DNA from: an uncultured Methanomicrobiales archaeon
Lineage (GTDB): Archaea > Halobacteriota > Methanomicrobia > Methanomicrobiales > Methanospirillaceae
Assembly: GCA_963697895.1 (NCBI GenBank)
Contig: OY969100.1
Coordinates: 736,001-800,000, forward strand
Reading direction: 5' to 3'
Length of the DNA: 64,000 bases
The notes under the pieces were generated by a model. The model had not been told where the DNA came from and made no database searches. It saw nothing but the letters and a program-made list of their open reading frames with translations. Shown one piece after another: positions 1-9,749 of the stretch. How positions within the stretch are numbered: position 1 is the stretch's first letter; every line of letters starts with the position of its first letter. Both the position numbers and the translations under genes were made by a program.

Positions 1-107
1 CTATCCGGAACCGCTGTTGGATCTGTTGTTTCCTGGGCAATCGCCGGTACTATCATACCAAGCGCAAGTATTGCCGCAATAACAAGGAGATACAGTTGTT
101 TTTTCAT
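1..107 (-). CDS. 5' part of a secreted/surface protein (runs off the window)
   Basis: ATG at 107 gives MKKQLYLLVIAAILALGMIVPAIAQETTDPTAVPD, a typical signal peptide; TATA-like element around 141-150. Confidence 0.75.
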   Translation of the reverse strand, partial: MKKQLYLLVIAAILALGMIVPAIAQETTDPTAVPD

Positions 108-354
108 GAGTTCATCTCCGATAAATAAACTTAGGTTCCTTCATATATATTGTTTCTCGGTGTGACAAACGGGATTTCAACGGAATTTAAAAAAAAAAAT
201 AAATATCAGGGCTCGCAATACAAATCGTACAACGCTCGATCTATTGTAGTCACCTGAGCCCATTAGGTTCGATGGAGCGCAAAGATGAAATTTCTCTGAC
301 GGTTTTTAAGAAAGATTTATCTCATCGGCTATAGCATACGCACTAAGGGACCCC

Positions 355-555
355 ATGATTGAAAAAGTAAAAGTTCCGAGAAAGGTCTATGAAGAATTGA
401 AGGTCATTAACCGGGAGATTCATTATACTCTCGACTATTCTCAGGTCATAAAAAAAGCAGAAGACAACGGATTTATCACAACAGCGGAATGGTTGAGAAA
501 TAATGAAGAACAATATAAACGGGGATTTTCCCATGGGTTTGAACCGATAGACTAA
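355..555 (+). CDS. Small hypothetical protein (66 aa)
   Basis: Clean ATG ORF with protein-like composition; overlapping minus ORF looks spurious. Confidence 0.65.
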   Translation: MIEKVKVPRKVYEELKVINREIHYTLDYSQVIKKAEDNGFITTAEWLRNNEEQYKRGFSHGFEPID

Positions 556-730
556 ATTATTCGGCATGTTATTATTTTTGCAAAAAAATATTGTTTTCCA
601 TGGTTTATTTGTTTTTAATCTTATCGATTTTTTTTGAATACTTAATTTTTTCTCCAGTGGAATCATTCCATAAGATCCCGCATGGATATATCTACGAAAA
701 AATTAACCAAAGATTATTAAATTCAGAAAA

Positions 731-803
731 CGCCCCGGCCGGGATTCGAACCCGGGTCAAAAGTCTCCGGAGGCTTCTAGGATATCCACTACCCTACCGG
801 GAC
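731..803 (-). tRNA. tRNA-Arg(CCG), with one extra A in the 3' strand of the anticodon stem
   Basis: Reverse complement GTCCCGG TA GGGTAGTGGATATCCT A GAAGC CTCCGGA G(A)CTTT TGAC CCGGG TTCGAAT CCCGG CCGGGGC G; acceptor stem, T arm and anticodon loop present. Confidence 0.9.
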
Positions 804-852
804 GCAGGCGCCTCTATATTATTTCCCTTTTGGTTATATTAAAGAGCGGGGA

Positions 853-1881
853 TCAGGTACGACGCACCTGGTACCGGTACCATATCTTGCACGCCCCTTC
901 ATGGCTCACCATGCAGGGACCGATCGGCGTCCGTGGATTACATCCCTTTCCAAAGAGTCTGCAGTCCGAAGGCTGGGCAATACCCCGCAAAACCCGGTCG
1001 CAGATGCAGGCAGAATGCTTCCCGACATGATGGAAAACGATCCCGAATTTCTTTTGTGCGTCATATCGTTCGAATTCTCCCCGGATTCGGAGTCCGGAAC
1101 CGGGTATAACCGGGAACCCCCGCCATTCTACATCAGCCGGTTCGAAGACACGGTGCATTATTTCCTGAGCCCTGACATTACCCTCACAGCTCACCGCCCG
1201 TGGATATGCATTTTCAAGACGATATGTCCCCTCACGTGCCTGGCGTACCAGCATCAGGAGACCGAGAAGGATATCGTCCGGTTCAAAACCTGCAACCACC
1301 TGCGGTACAGGGAACCGTTGATATTCATGATATCCCATCACGGTGCACACATGGCCGGGAAGCATAAACCCGTCAATCTTCGCCTCCCCCTGTTCGAGAA
1401 GCCATTGCATGGCAGGAGGCACCACCCGGTGGCAGGAAAGGATACTGAAATTTGTTGGGGGCTCCGTCAGAATAGTGGCGGCTACGGTAGGGGCCGTGGT
1501 TTCAAACCCGACCGAAATAAATACAACCTCTTTTTCGGTTTTCCTGGCGATATCGACTGCTTTATGGACACCCTGCACCACCCGGACATCTCCCCCGCAG
1601 GATTCGAGGGATCCCTGAGAACCCGGGACGCGAAGGAGATCTCCATACGTTGCAATGATGCAGCCCCGTTCGGCGAGCTCGAGTGCAGCATCGATCTCTC
1701 CCTGCGGGGTGATGCAGACCGGACAACCCGGACCCATGACAATCTTCAACATTTTCGGGAGAATGCTGCGGATCCCGTGACGGGCAATTGCTGCTTCGTG
1801 CGTTCCGCAGATATGCATGAAGCAGAGATCCCGATCGGTGATCGACTCCAGTTGTCGTGCAATATCCTTTCCAATCGCCAT
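853..1881 (-). CDS. hypD: Hydrogenase maturation protein HypD
   Basis: CGTH, GPGCPVC, GFETT, PGHV motifs and C-terminal GPCMVSHEGAC. Confidence 0.97.
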   Translation of the reverse strand: MAIGKDIARQLESITDRDLCFMHICGTHEAAIARHGIRSILPKMLKIVMGPGCPVCITPQGEIDAALELAERGCIIATYGDLLRVPGSQGSLESCGGDVRVVQGVHKAVDIARKTEKEVVFISVGFETTAPTVAATILTEPPTNFSILSCHRVVPPAMQWLLEQGEAKIDGFMLPGHVCTVMGYHEYQRFPVPQVVAGFEPDDILLGLLMLVRQAREGTYRLENAYPRAVSCEGNVRAQEIMHRVFEPADVEWRGFPVIPGSGLRIRGEFERYDAQKKFGIVFHHVGKHSACICDRVLRGIAQPSDCRLFGKGCNPRTPIGPCMVSHEGACKIWYRYQVRRT

Positions 1882-1923
1882 AATGATGAGGATTATTTAT
1901 AATTTGTACATATAAGTATAGGT

Positions 1924-2968
1924 GTGGTAACAGGAAACATCATCGCCGGTACCGTTGTACTGATCGGCCTGGCATTGGCCCTCATTACAAGTTTGATCCT
2001 CAGACTGGATAAAGAAAAGAGCCGATCAAACCGAATCAAAACTCGATGATATTATCGTACTTGCGATTGGAAAGCCACTCGTCATCACGATAATCGTCGT
2101 GTCGATCTATTTTGCCCTGAACTATTACGCCGAAATTCCGGAACAATACCAGTGGATTCTGGACAGCAAATATATTGATTCCGTTTATATCGTCATCGGC
2201 GCCTGGATCGTATCCAATTTCGCCCACAATTTCATCAAGGTGTATGGAACCTGGTTTGCCTCGCGGACGGATACGGAAATTGACGACCGCCTGATCACCC
2301 TTCTTGAACTGATCGCAAAGTACCTCATCTGGTTCATCGCGTTCCTGTTGATCCTGTACACCCTTCAGATCGATATTACCCCGTTCCTCGCCGCCGCCGG
2401 TATCGTTGGCCTCGCGATTGCTCTCGCGGCTCAGGATATCTTATCCAATTTCTTTGGCGGAGCGATCATTACCCTCGATAAACCCTTCAAAGTGGGTGAT
2501 CGGATCCAGATCGACACCCAGATCGGGGATGTCGTCAATGTCGGTCCGCGGAGCACCCGGATCATGACCCTCGATAATCAGCTGGTCACCATACCGAACA
2601 ACAAGATCACCACGAGCGTTATCACCAATTTTTCGATGCCGGATGCCCGGCTCAAGATCAGAATTCCGATCGGGGTGGCGTACGGGACGGACGTGGAACG
2701 GGTAAAGAAAATATTACTTGAAATCGCCGATGAGATCGGGGCAGTATCCAATCTCGTCCTGCATGATCCGTCTCCGGAGGTATTTTTTCTCGAATTCGGA
2801 GAATCGAGCCTCAATTTCCAGATGGTCGTCTGGACTCACGACTTTTCAAAGGTATTCGATGTCAAAGACATGGTTAATACGCGAATAGTAAAGCGGTTCG
2901 AAGCAGAAGGAATCGAGATCCCGTTCAGGCAGGTCGACATTCACGTCAGGTCTCGGGTCGATCTCTGA
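1924..2968 (+). CDS. mscS: MscS family mechanosensitive channel (apparent +1 frameshift at 2002-2006)
   Basis: ALAAQDILSNFFGG, PFKVGDRI and GIEIPF motifs; N-terminal TM segment from GTG 1924 joins in frame if AGACT is read as AGCT. Confidence 0.9.
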
Positions 2969-3003
2969 ATACTTTTTTCATCCTTCGATTAAGATCCAAA
3001 CCT

Positions 3004-3732
3004 ATGTTCGGTGTATCCACTTTCTGTCTCCATCATCAACCGCTTGCGTTCGCAATCGACACGATCTCAACACTAACGGATACCATCGAGATCATGGACG
3101 ACGGGCCCCATTATCTCGTTTCTTCCGAACTCCTGGAGAGTTATGTACTTTCCTTCACCCTCCACGCACCGTCACGGGGAGTCAACATTGCAAGCGTACT
3201 TGAGCCGATCCGGAAAGCCAGCGTAGAGGTGACCGGGCAGTGTTTTCAGATTGCCGGTGCGGTAAATGCTCCGGTGGTGATTCATCCCGGCTATTTTGCC
3301 TGGGAAGAAGAACGGGGGGGTGCCACCCGGCAGTTCAGGCGTTCACTTGGTGAGCTCGATGCCCTCGCGGAAGAGTATTCAACCACCTATTACGTCGAGA
3401 ACATGGGAAACTGGAATTATTTTTTTCTTCGTCACCCCTCGGAGCTTCCCCTGATCGGGAAGACCGGGCTCGCCCTGGACGTCGGACATGCCCATCTCAA
3501 TCATTGCCTTGACGGGTTCCTTGACCACCCGATCCGTCATGTACATCTTCATGACAACAAGGGGGAGGAGGATTCGCACCTGCCCGTCGGTCAGGGGACG
3601 ATCGATTTCACTCCGGTAATGAAAGCGATAAAAAAGAACAAAGCAGTACCCATCATCGAGGTATCGGATTTCGAAGGTGTGAAGACGAGCATTGCCCGAT
3701 TGAAGGGGATTATCGGAACATCGAAAGGCTAA
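3004..3732 (+). CDS. Sugar phosphate isomerase/epimerase (AP endonuclease 2 TIM barrel)
   Basis: HAP, HPG, VENM, LDVGHA, HLHDN...HLPVGQGTIDF motifs. Confidence 0.9.
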   Translation: MFGVSTFCLHHQPLAFAIDTISTLTDTIEIMDDGPHYLVSSELLESYVLSFTLHAPSRGVNIASVLEPIRKASVEVTGQCFQIAGAVNAPVVIHPGYFAWEEERGGATRQFRRSLGELDALAEEYSTTYYVENMGNWNYFFLRHPSELPLIGKTGLALDVGHAHLNHCLDGFLDHPIRHVHLHDNKGEEDSHLPVGQGTIDFTPVMKAIKKNKAVPIIEVSDFEGVKTSIARLKGIIGTSKG

Positions 3733-3980
3733 TTATTCCCTCAAATCTCACGAACCTTTTTTAATGGAAATGTGTGCTCGCACCAGGCCCTGCGTTCCTC
3801 CCCGCAAAAAAAGGGTATCTCCGGAGGAAATCACGTCAAAATCAGGTTTTTTATGGACTTTTCCGCAATCTTTTAAACCTATAAACCCCACATTATTGAT
3901 GCACAGTATGCCTTGTGGCGTAGCCGGCATAGGGTTTCTGTGGAAGGATGCTCTGCAGGATGCTCCACTTGATATGCATT

Positions 3981-4054
3981 GCCTATGTGACACAGCCCGG
4001 TAGTGTGCCTCCTTGGTAAGGAGGAAGTCCCGAGTTCGAATCTCGGCATAGGCT
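3981..4054 (+). tRNA. tRNA-Thr(GGT)
   Basis: GCCTATG/CATAGGC acceptor stem; anticodon arm CCTCC TTGGTAA GGAGG; T arm CCGAG TTCGAAT CTCGG. Confidence 0.96.
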
Positions 4055-4136
4055 TTTCGAGAATTCCTATCGAGGATCAAACTTCTTTTTCTTTTTTATT
4101 ATCAATCCGGTCGTATTATCAAAAGAGGTGAAGTTA

Positions 4137-4226
4137 ATGCAGGTTAAAAAGGAAGAAGAAGGGCCCCTTGACAAAGGAATCCATGAATCAAGGATTCGTC
4201 TCTTTCAGACTTCTATCCGGATTTGA
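4137..4226 (+). CDS. Possible 29-aa small ORF
   Basis: GAGGTGA Shine-Dalgarno 5 nt before ATG; MQVKKEEEGPLDKGIHESRIRLFQTSIRI. Confidence 0.25.
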   Translation: MQVKKEEEGPLDKGIHESRIRLFQTSIRI

Positions 4227-4431
4227 TTCGTCTTTCCAACCGTAAGGGAATATAATAAAGCATTTTTTTCTCCAAAATATCCATATGGCATACAGAAAGA
4301 AATTTTTTTAAAGAAACAGCAGACATCGACGAACTGTTGATTAATGAACCCACTGTCTTGGTCGGGATGTACTTCAAAGGCAAACGGTTATGTACAAACG
4401 TTCAATTCGTTAAAAACTAAATCGGGAGAAA

Positions 4432-5607
4432 ATGAAACAAAATACGAGTGCGCAGATTGTAAAGGAAATCATGAGGGATTATTCCCGCATGACCGGACTT
4501 GACCCGGCCGGTTGCCATCCACACCGCTACCTGTGGACGGATGCGTTCTCCGTCTGCAATTACCTCGAACTTTTTTCACAAACAAAGGATGAGACATACC
4601 TTACTATGGCATTGCGCCTCGTCGATAAAGTGCATCACACGCTCGGCCGTCACCGTGATGACGACGATCGCTCGGGATGGATCAGCGGTCTCGACGAGAA
4701 CGCGGGTGAACTGCATCCGACCGCGGGAGGATTGCGCATCGGGAAGAATCTCCCCGAACGGAGGGCCGATGAGCCACCCGACGAGCGAAGGGAATGGGAT
4801 CGGGACGGGCAGTACTACCATTACCTGACGAAATGGATGCATGCCCTGAACCGGGTGACCCGGGTGACCGGAGATCCGACCTATCTGGGATGGGCGATGG
4901 AGCTTGCCCGGACGGCACACGCCGGATTCACCTACCTTCCCGCTTCTGGCGACCGGAAGGGGATGTTCTGGAAGATGAGCATAGATCTCACCTACCCTCT
5001 CGTCCCCTCGATGGGCCAGCACGATCCTCTCGATGGGTTCGTCACCTACAGCGAGCTGCAGGCGACGGCTACGGTAGATTTTGGCAAACCTGTGCATCAG
5101 GATCTGAGCGCCGAGATCGCCGATATGGCTGGCATCTGCCGGAGGAACAACTGGGTCACGGATGATCCGCTCGGCATCGGTGGTCTTCTGTTCGATGCAG
5201 TTCGCATCGTTCAACTAATGGTAAAAGGCGGTCTCCGGTACGGGATGCTGCTGGAAGACGTCGTGGATTCGGCCCTGTCCGGCATAGAGGCCTACTCGAA
5301 AGGCAGTTCCCAGAGTCTGCCTGCCGATTACCGCCTTGCCTTCCGCGAGCTCGGACTGTCCATCGGATTGCACGGGGTGGAGCTGCTTCGGGAAGAGATC
5401 GTGGAACACCCCGGTTTATTCGGCCGGAAGAGTCCTGTATACCAGGCAGTTGACGCGCTTCTGGAATACCTGCCGCTTGCGGAAGAGATAGAACGATTCT
5501 GGATGGAGTGGAAGAACAGGGAGACCCTGAACTGGAAGGATCATCAGGAGATCAATACCGTAATGCTTGCAACCAGTCTTGCGCCAAGGGGATTCCTGGC
5601 AATTTAA
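4432..5607 (+). CDS. Conserved hypothetical protein, probable helical (alpha/alpha barrel-like) enzyme
   Basis: 391-aa ORF with RYLWTDAF, DGQYYHYLTKWMHAL, WKMSIDL, HDPLDG and RLAFRELGL blocks; fold is an inference. Confidence 0.8.
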   Translation: MKQNTSAQIVKEIMRDYSRMTGLDPAGCHPHRYLWTDAFSVCNYLELFSQTKDETYLTMALRLVDKVHHTLGRHRDDDDRSGWISGLDENAGELHPTAGGLRIGKNLPERRADEPPDERREWDRDGQYYHYLTKWMHALNRVTRVTGDPTYLGWAMELARTAHAGFTYLPASGDRKGMFWKMSIDLTYPLVPSMGQHDPLDGFVTYSELQATATVDFGKPVHQDLSAEIADMAGICRRNNWVTDDPLGIGGLLFDAVRIVQLMVKGGLRYGMLLEDVVDSALSGIEAYSKGSSQSLPADYRLAFRELGLSIGLHGVELLREEIVEHPGLFGRKSPVYQAVDALLEYLPLAEEIERFWMEWKNRETLNWKDHQEINTVMLATSLAPRGFLAI

Positions 5608-5726
5608 TGTCCACCATCACTTGTATCCGCCCGGAGTAGGGGATCTGCAAAAATAATGTTTTCGGGCATTTTTTGATGTCCGTGTCCTGATCACAGTTAG
5701 GGCTCCCATAATCGTTTTCCGCATTA

Positions 5727-6197
5727 TCACCGGACAGTATACCCCTTTCCTTCGAGAAATACTTTCGTCAATTCCTCCACATCCGGTGAAGAACGGGAGA
5801 TCAGCCGTTCGCCCTCTTCCCAGACGAAACGGAGAACGGAATCGCCGGAATGCAGGGCCATGGTTCCGGTCACATACCCGATTTCCTCCCCGGCAGGACG
5901 ATAAATACGCATAATTATACACCGGTATATTTTACATTGTGCCGGGCTTGTTTCATGAATCGTACAGACCACCCTGTCGAGGTCCGGGCGGAGAAATAAA
6001 CAGGCTTCAGGGTGTTGCTCCAGCCAGTTTCTTTCGTCAAAGAGGGCATGTTTGTCTTCATCAACCCGGGCGTTGAAGGACGCACCTGTGGATACCGAGA
6101 TGCAGGCGAACGTGTAAGGGCCGGTCTGCTTTTCTATGGCGATATAATGACCCATATACATACAGCACCGGCCACATTGATGGCAGTTGAATGTCAC
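5727..6197 (-). CDS. YkgJ family Cys-cluster (CxxCxxCC) protein
   Basis: CHQCGRCC ... CLFL ... CTIHETSPAQC. Confidence 0.85.
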   Translation of the reverse strand: MTFNCHQCGRCCMYMGHYIAIEKQTGPYTFACISVSTGASFNARVDEDKHALFDERNWLEQHPEACLFLRPDLDRVVCTIHETSPAQCKIYRCIIMRIYRPAGEEIGYVTGTMALHSGDSVLRFVWEEGERLISRSSPDVEELTKVFLEGKGYTVR

Positions 6198-6487
6198 AAG
6201 AGATTACTTTGGATGTCCTCTTTATGAAACCCCCTCTTTTAAACATAAATTAATGTCCTTTATTCCTTCGACATTCGATTCTGCTGTAATTTCCTTATGA
6301 ATTATTCAATCTTTTGTTGAATCCGATATAACCTGACGGTTACACAATTGAAAGTATAAATTACACTCCATATGTGACTATTTACCAAAACAAACCCATA
6401 AGAATGCTTTTTCTGGAAAGACTTTATAGTACTCTCCCGAACAGGATCCTGATGCTGAGATAATTAGCAGAAAACAGGAGAAAGGAT

Positions 6488-7342
6488 ATGAAATCGCGAA
6501 TCATCGTTCTGGGGCTTGTTGTCATGGCACTCTGTATCGGGTGCGTCATGGCAGCGGTGCCTCCGAACGCAACCTTTGAGACTCAGGGAATCAGGTCAAC
6601 AGGAACTATTTCAGTCCTGAAAGGATCCGTTGCGACATCCACAACCATGGTAATGACCGTAGCAAATAATAACGACGGCATTAACGCACCGCCCCTTGAG
6701 GCCAGCAGCGACAGTCCTGGCGAGCGTCAGTCAACTAATGTTTATTCAGAGATGACGGATGCGAAGAACGGTCAAAATATCGAATATTCGAACACAATAA
6801 CTGCAGACACGGGCAATAAGGTGCTTGGCACCTGGAATACACAGTCACATCGATCCATTCAGTACGAGACAGACCCGACCAAAGACGGCCGGATGACCTC
6901 AAATGAGAGGATCGTGATGGATGTTGTCGGTAATTCGGGAAGCTCCGAGGATGAATACCTTTGTCCGTTTGCATCAGGTAAGTCGGCAGACTCGCCGGCA
7001 TTCTGTAATATTGTACAGATGGGGAGCACCCTAGATGCGACATACGCGAACGTTGTCAGTGATGCTGCGAGTAGAGACATTCAGGCAACTGCTGACTTCC
7101 CGGTGGAGGCCCAGTACTTAATCAGCGCAAAAGGTGTCCTTGTCGATACCCCGGACGGATTGGTCTCACAGCCATACACCGGTTCGATCAACGCGTTCAT
7201 GGATGTGCACACACAGGAAGCTCGGGGAAATAACACCGTGCCGGAGGGAGATTTCGTTTATAAGGAGTCCACATCGGCCAGTGGCTACATCGACAGTTTC
7301 GTGAAGAGTATGTATTACCAGGATGGCGCAATCAGGATCTGA
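6488..7342 (+). CDS. Secreted Ser/Thr-rich envelope protein, possibly sheath-protein-like
   Basis: Signal peptide, NATFETQGI, CPF...P.FCN.V..GS, terminal ASG.I..F.K.M.Y; TTTATA upstream, T-run downstream. Confidence 0.7.
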   Translation: MKSRIIVLGLVVMALCIGCVMAAVPPNATFETQGIRSTGTISVLKGSVATSTTMVMTVANNNDGINAPPLEASSDSPGERQSTNVYSEMTDAKNGQNIEYSNTITADTGNKVLGTWNTQSHRSIQYETDPTKDGRMTSNERIVMDVVGNSGSSEDEYLCPFASGKSADSPAFCNIVQMGSTLDATYANVVSDAASRDIQATADFPVEAQYLISAKGVLVDTPDGLVSQPYTGSINAFMDVHTQEARGNNTVPEGDFVYKESTSASGYIDSFVKSMYYQDGAIRI

Positions 7343-7536
7343 AATCTGATTTGACGAGAGATAAGGAATAATATCCTCCACATTCTCTTTTTTTCACGAA
7401 AAATGGTAAAGATCATTCTCCTTCTCTCGTTATGGAACATCCGGCGATTTTTACTAAATCACGCTGCAGATTTCAAAAACCCTTATATGATAGTACCGTA
7501 TAATACGTTATTGTTCGACAAAGGAGTTGGATTAGG

Positions 7537-7989
7537 ATGAAACTGGAGGAATACAAGAAAATTATCGCGAATGCGATCACGAAAGAAGTAGAATCATACA
7601 CATTTTATCACGATATTCACGCGAAAGTTAAGGATCCCGCGCTGAAATCACTTTTTAAGGAACTCGCTGATGAAGAGACAAAGCACCGCGTTCTCCTCGA
7701 AGGATATCTGTCAGGGACCAGACCGATGCATTTTAATGAAGCAAAGGATTTTAAGATCTCCGCGACTCTCACGAAACAAGTTCCGACTGTGAATATGAAA
7801 CCCATCGAGGGTATCGCGCTCGCAATTAAAAAAGAGGAAGATTCTATGAATATGTATATTCAGTTCTCCACGTTGAGCACTGAAGCGGAACAAAAGAACG
7901 TCTTCCAGGAACTTGCAAAGATGGAACTCGGACACAAGGCCCGACTTGAAGATATCTACACAAACATGGCCTTCCCAGAAGTCTGGTAA
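7537..7989 (+). CDS. Rubrerythrin/ferritin-like diiron protein
   Basis: Two E...ExxH half-sites (AITKE..FY, ELADEETKH; AIKKE, ELAKMELGH). Confidence 0.9.
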   Translation: MKLEEYKKIIANAITKEVESYTFYHDIHAKVKDPALKSLFKELADEETKHRVLLEGYLSGTRPMHFNEAKDFKISATLTKQVPTVNMKPIEGIALAIKKEEDSMNMYIQFSTLSTEAEQKNVFQELAKMELGHKARLEDIYTNMAFPEVW

Positions 7990-8172
7990 TCTTGGCGGTG
8001 GATGAGTAAAAAGTTCCTAAAATGCTTTGGCATTTGACTGGAACCTTTTTTTAAACTTTTATCTGCAGTTATTCTTTTTCAATGTTCATAATTACTATGA
8101 AAGAGACCATACTGCAATGTTTTATCGCCTTTCACCCTGAAATACTACGTATTCGAAGTGATGGTTTATTCC

Positions 8173-8986
8173 ATGGCCGGCCTCGAAGAATTGGTGCACA
8201 TAATACCGCTCGGATTTGAAATTGATCGGGCGGTGAAACCGTTTGAAAAATACAGTGCAAACAGGGCGTATATCCTGACCATCACAGACCATCCTAAATA
8301 CAGACTCACCCGTTGAGATGGAAAAAAATAAAAAACAGCGATACTATGACGCAACTGTTACCCGACTCCTGAAGGAGAGGGGAATAGATGTCCGGATCCA
8401 GAAAATTGATATGTTCGATATCCTTGATGTGATGAGAACAGTATCCGCAATCATTCTTAAGGAAAAATCGGAAAACAACAGGGTGTACCTGAATATGTCA
8501 GCATGCGGACGCCTGACATCTGTAGGAGCAACGCTTGCTGCGATGGCTCACGACATATCCATATATTATGTACGGAGCGATGGATACTCGAGAAGTGTGG
8601 AAGAAGAACGGGAACACGGTCTCTCGATATGTACCAAACCACACATATGGCAACTTGAAAATTTCCATATCGCACTCCCCGATGAAACGAGTGTCAGGAT
8701 CCTTGTCCGCCTTTCAGGGGAGGAACAGGGAATGACGACCGAAGCACTGCTTCGCTACCTCTTCGAAGAGAAGGTACCGGGGTTTGATGAGGACTATCAT
8801 GCACTCCATATGATCGATCGCCGAAGAAAACAGAGCAACTACCTGATGAAACTGAATAAGGGAATTCTCACAAAGATAGAACTCGCAGGGTATATAGAAC
8901 GGAAAAGGTCTGGCAGGAATACGAATGTTTCTATCACTGAGTCTGGTAAATATATCGCATATATCAGCGGATTAATCCAACCGTGA
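8173..8986 (+). CDS. HFX_2341/DUF6293-like regulator, CARF-like N-domain plus winged HTH (apparent +1 frameshift at 8302-8306)
   Basis: VHIIPLGFEIDRAVKPF N-terminus from ATG 8173 joins the 8318 ORF (VYLNMSACGRL; ITESGKY wing) when AGACT is read as AGCT. Confidence 0.8.
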
Positions 8987-9502
8987 ATTAAATGGAGGAT
9001 CGCAGAGAAGGATCCTTCGCCCATTTTTGTTAATAATGCTAATCTTGTTAATTATAATAACATTAAATAATGATTTAATAATAGAATAGTTAAGCAGAGG
9101 GAGGTGAAGAAAGAGACTGCGTTTTAGTTAGCAAAGTTAAATCGGCCACCTTGAATGTGATATAATATTATTCCCTATACAATTGCAATATCTGTTTTTT
9201 GGAACAACTTTAAGAATGTACAAATCTGACATTTTATCTCATTGGCATTGTACTAGAATTAATCGGATGATAATATTCATCTAGTTTTCATAAACAAGGA
9301 AATTTCGTAAATTTAATTCGGTTTGATCTCGGAACAGAATCGCAGTTGAATTGATTTCATTTTCATGAAGAATGTTGTTCGATATATTATTTTCCCTTTC
9401 TATCCTCTTTCCAGCGCATGATAACCAAAAGAGAAGGCTAAAGGCCCCCGTTCCTTTGCAGATATTTTCAAAAGATTTAATAAGGTATCTTATCTATCTT
9501 AT

Positions 9503-9633
9503 AGCAGGTGCATTAGTGTCCAACTAAATCACCGACCAAGACGTTCAATCCAAAGGCGTTCATCCTCCCGATTCCATCACCAAGAGAGAGGGTGGATAGG
9601 GAGGATAGTGCCTCCTTCAGGAGCTTGTCTTTT
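9503..9633 (+). ncRNA. Candidate structured small RNA
   Basis: TTTAATA at 9476-9482; hairpin 9507-9533; long stem 9555-9612; CTCC-TTCA-GGAG; ends in a T-run. Confidence 0.4.
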
Positions 9634-9749
9634 GATATCCGTTCTGACAGATAGAGAATCATTCCGTCAATTCAGTTATATGTAATTGAATGTTGGTGGA
9701 TCTCAGTGTTAAAGGGTTTAAATATCACCAGGTGATAGATTACCTCATC

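Noticed and set aside
731-803. Non-canonical tRNA with a bulged anticodon stem or micro-intron
   Set aside because: The single extra A lies in the AGCT-to-AGACT error context and no bulge-helix-bulge is evident.
591-842. ORFs overlapping tRNA-Arg and tRNA-Thr (591-842, 3748-4080, 3764-4003)
   Set aside because: They overlap clear tRNA genes and lack protein-like features.
901-1902. Long antisense ORFs (opposite hypD, marker 2, rpl10, M50 protease, radical SAM and others)
   Set aside because: Shadow frames of well-supported genes with no recognisable motifs.
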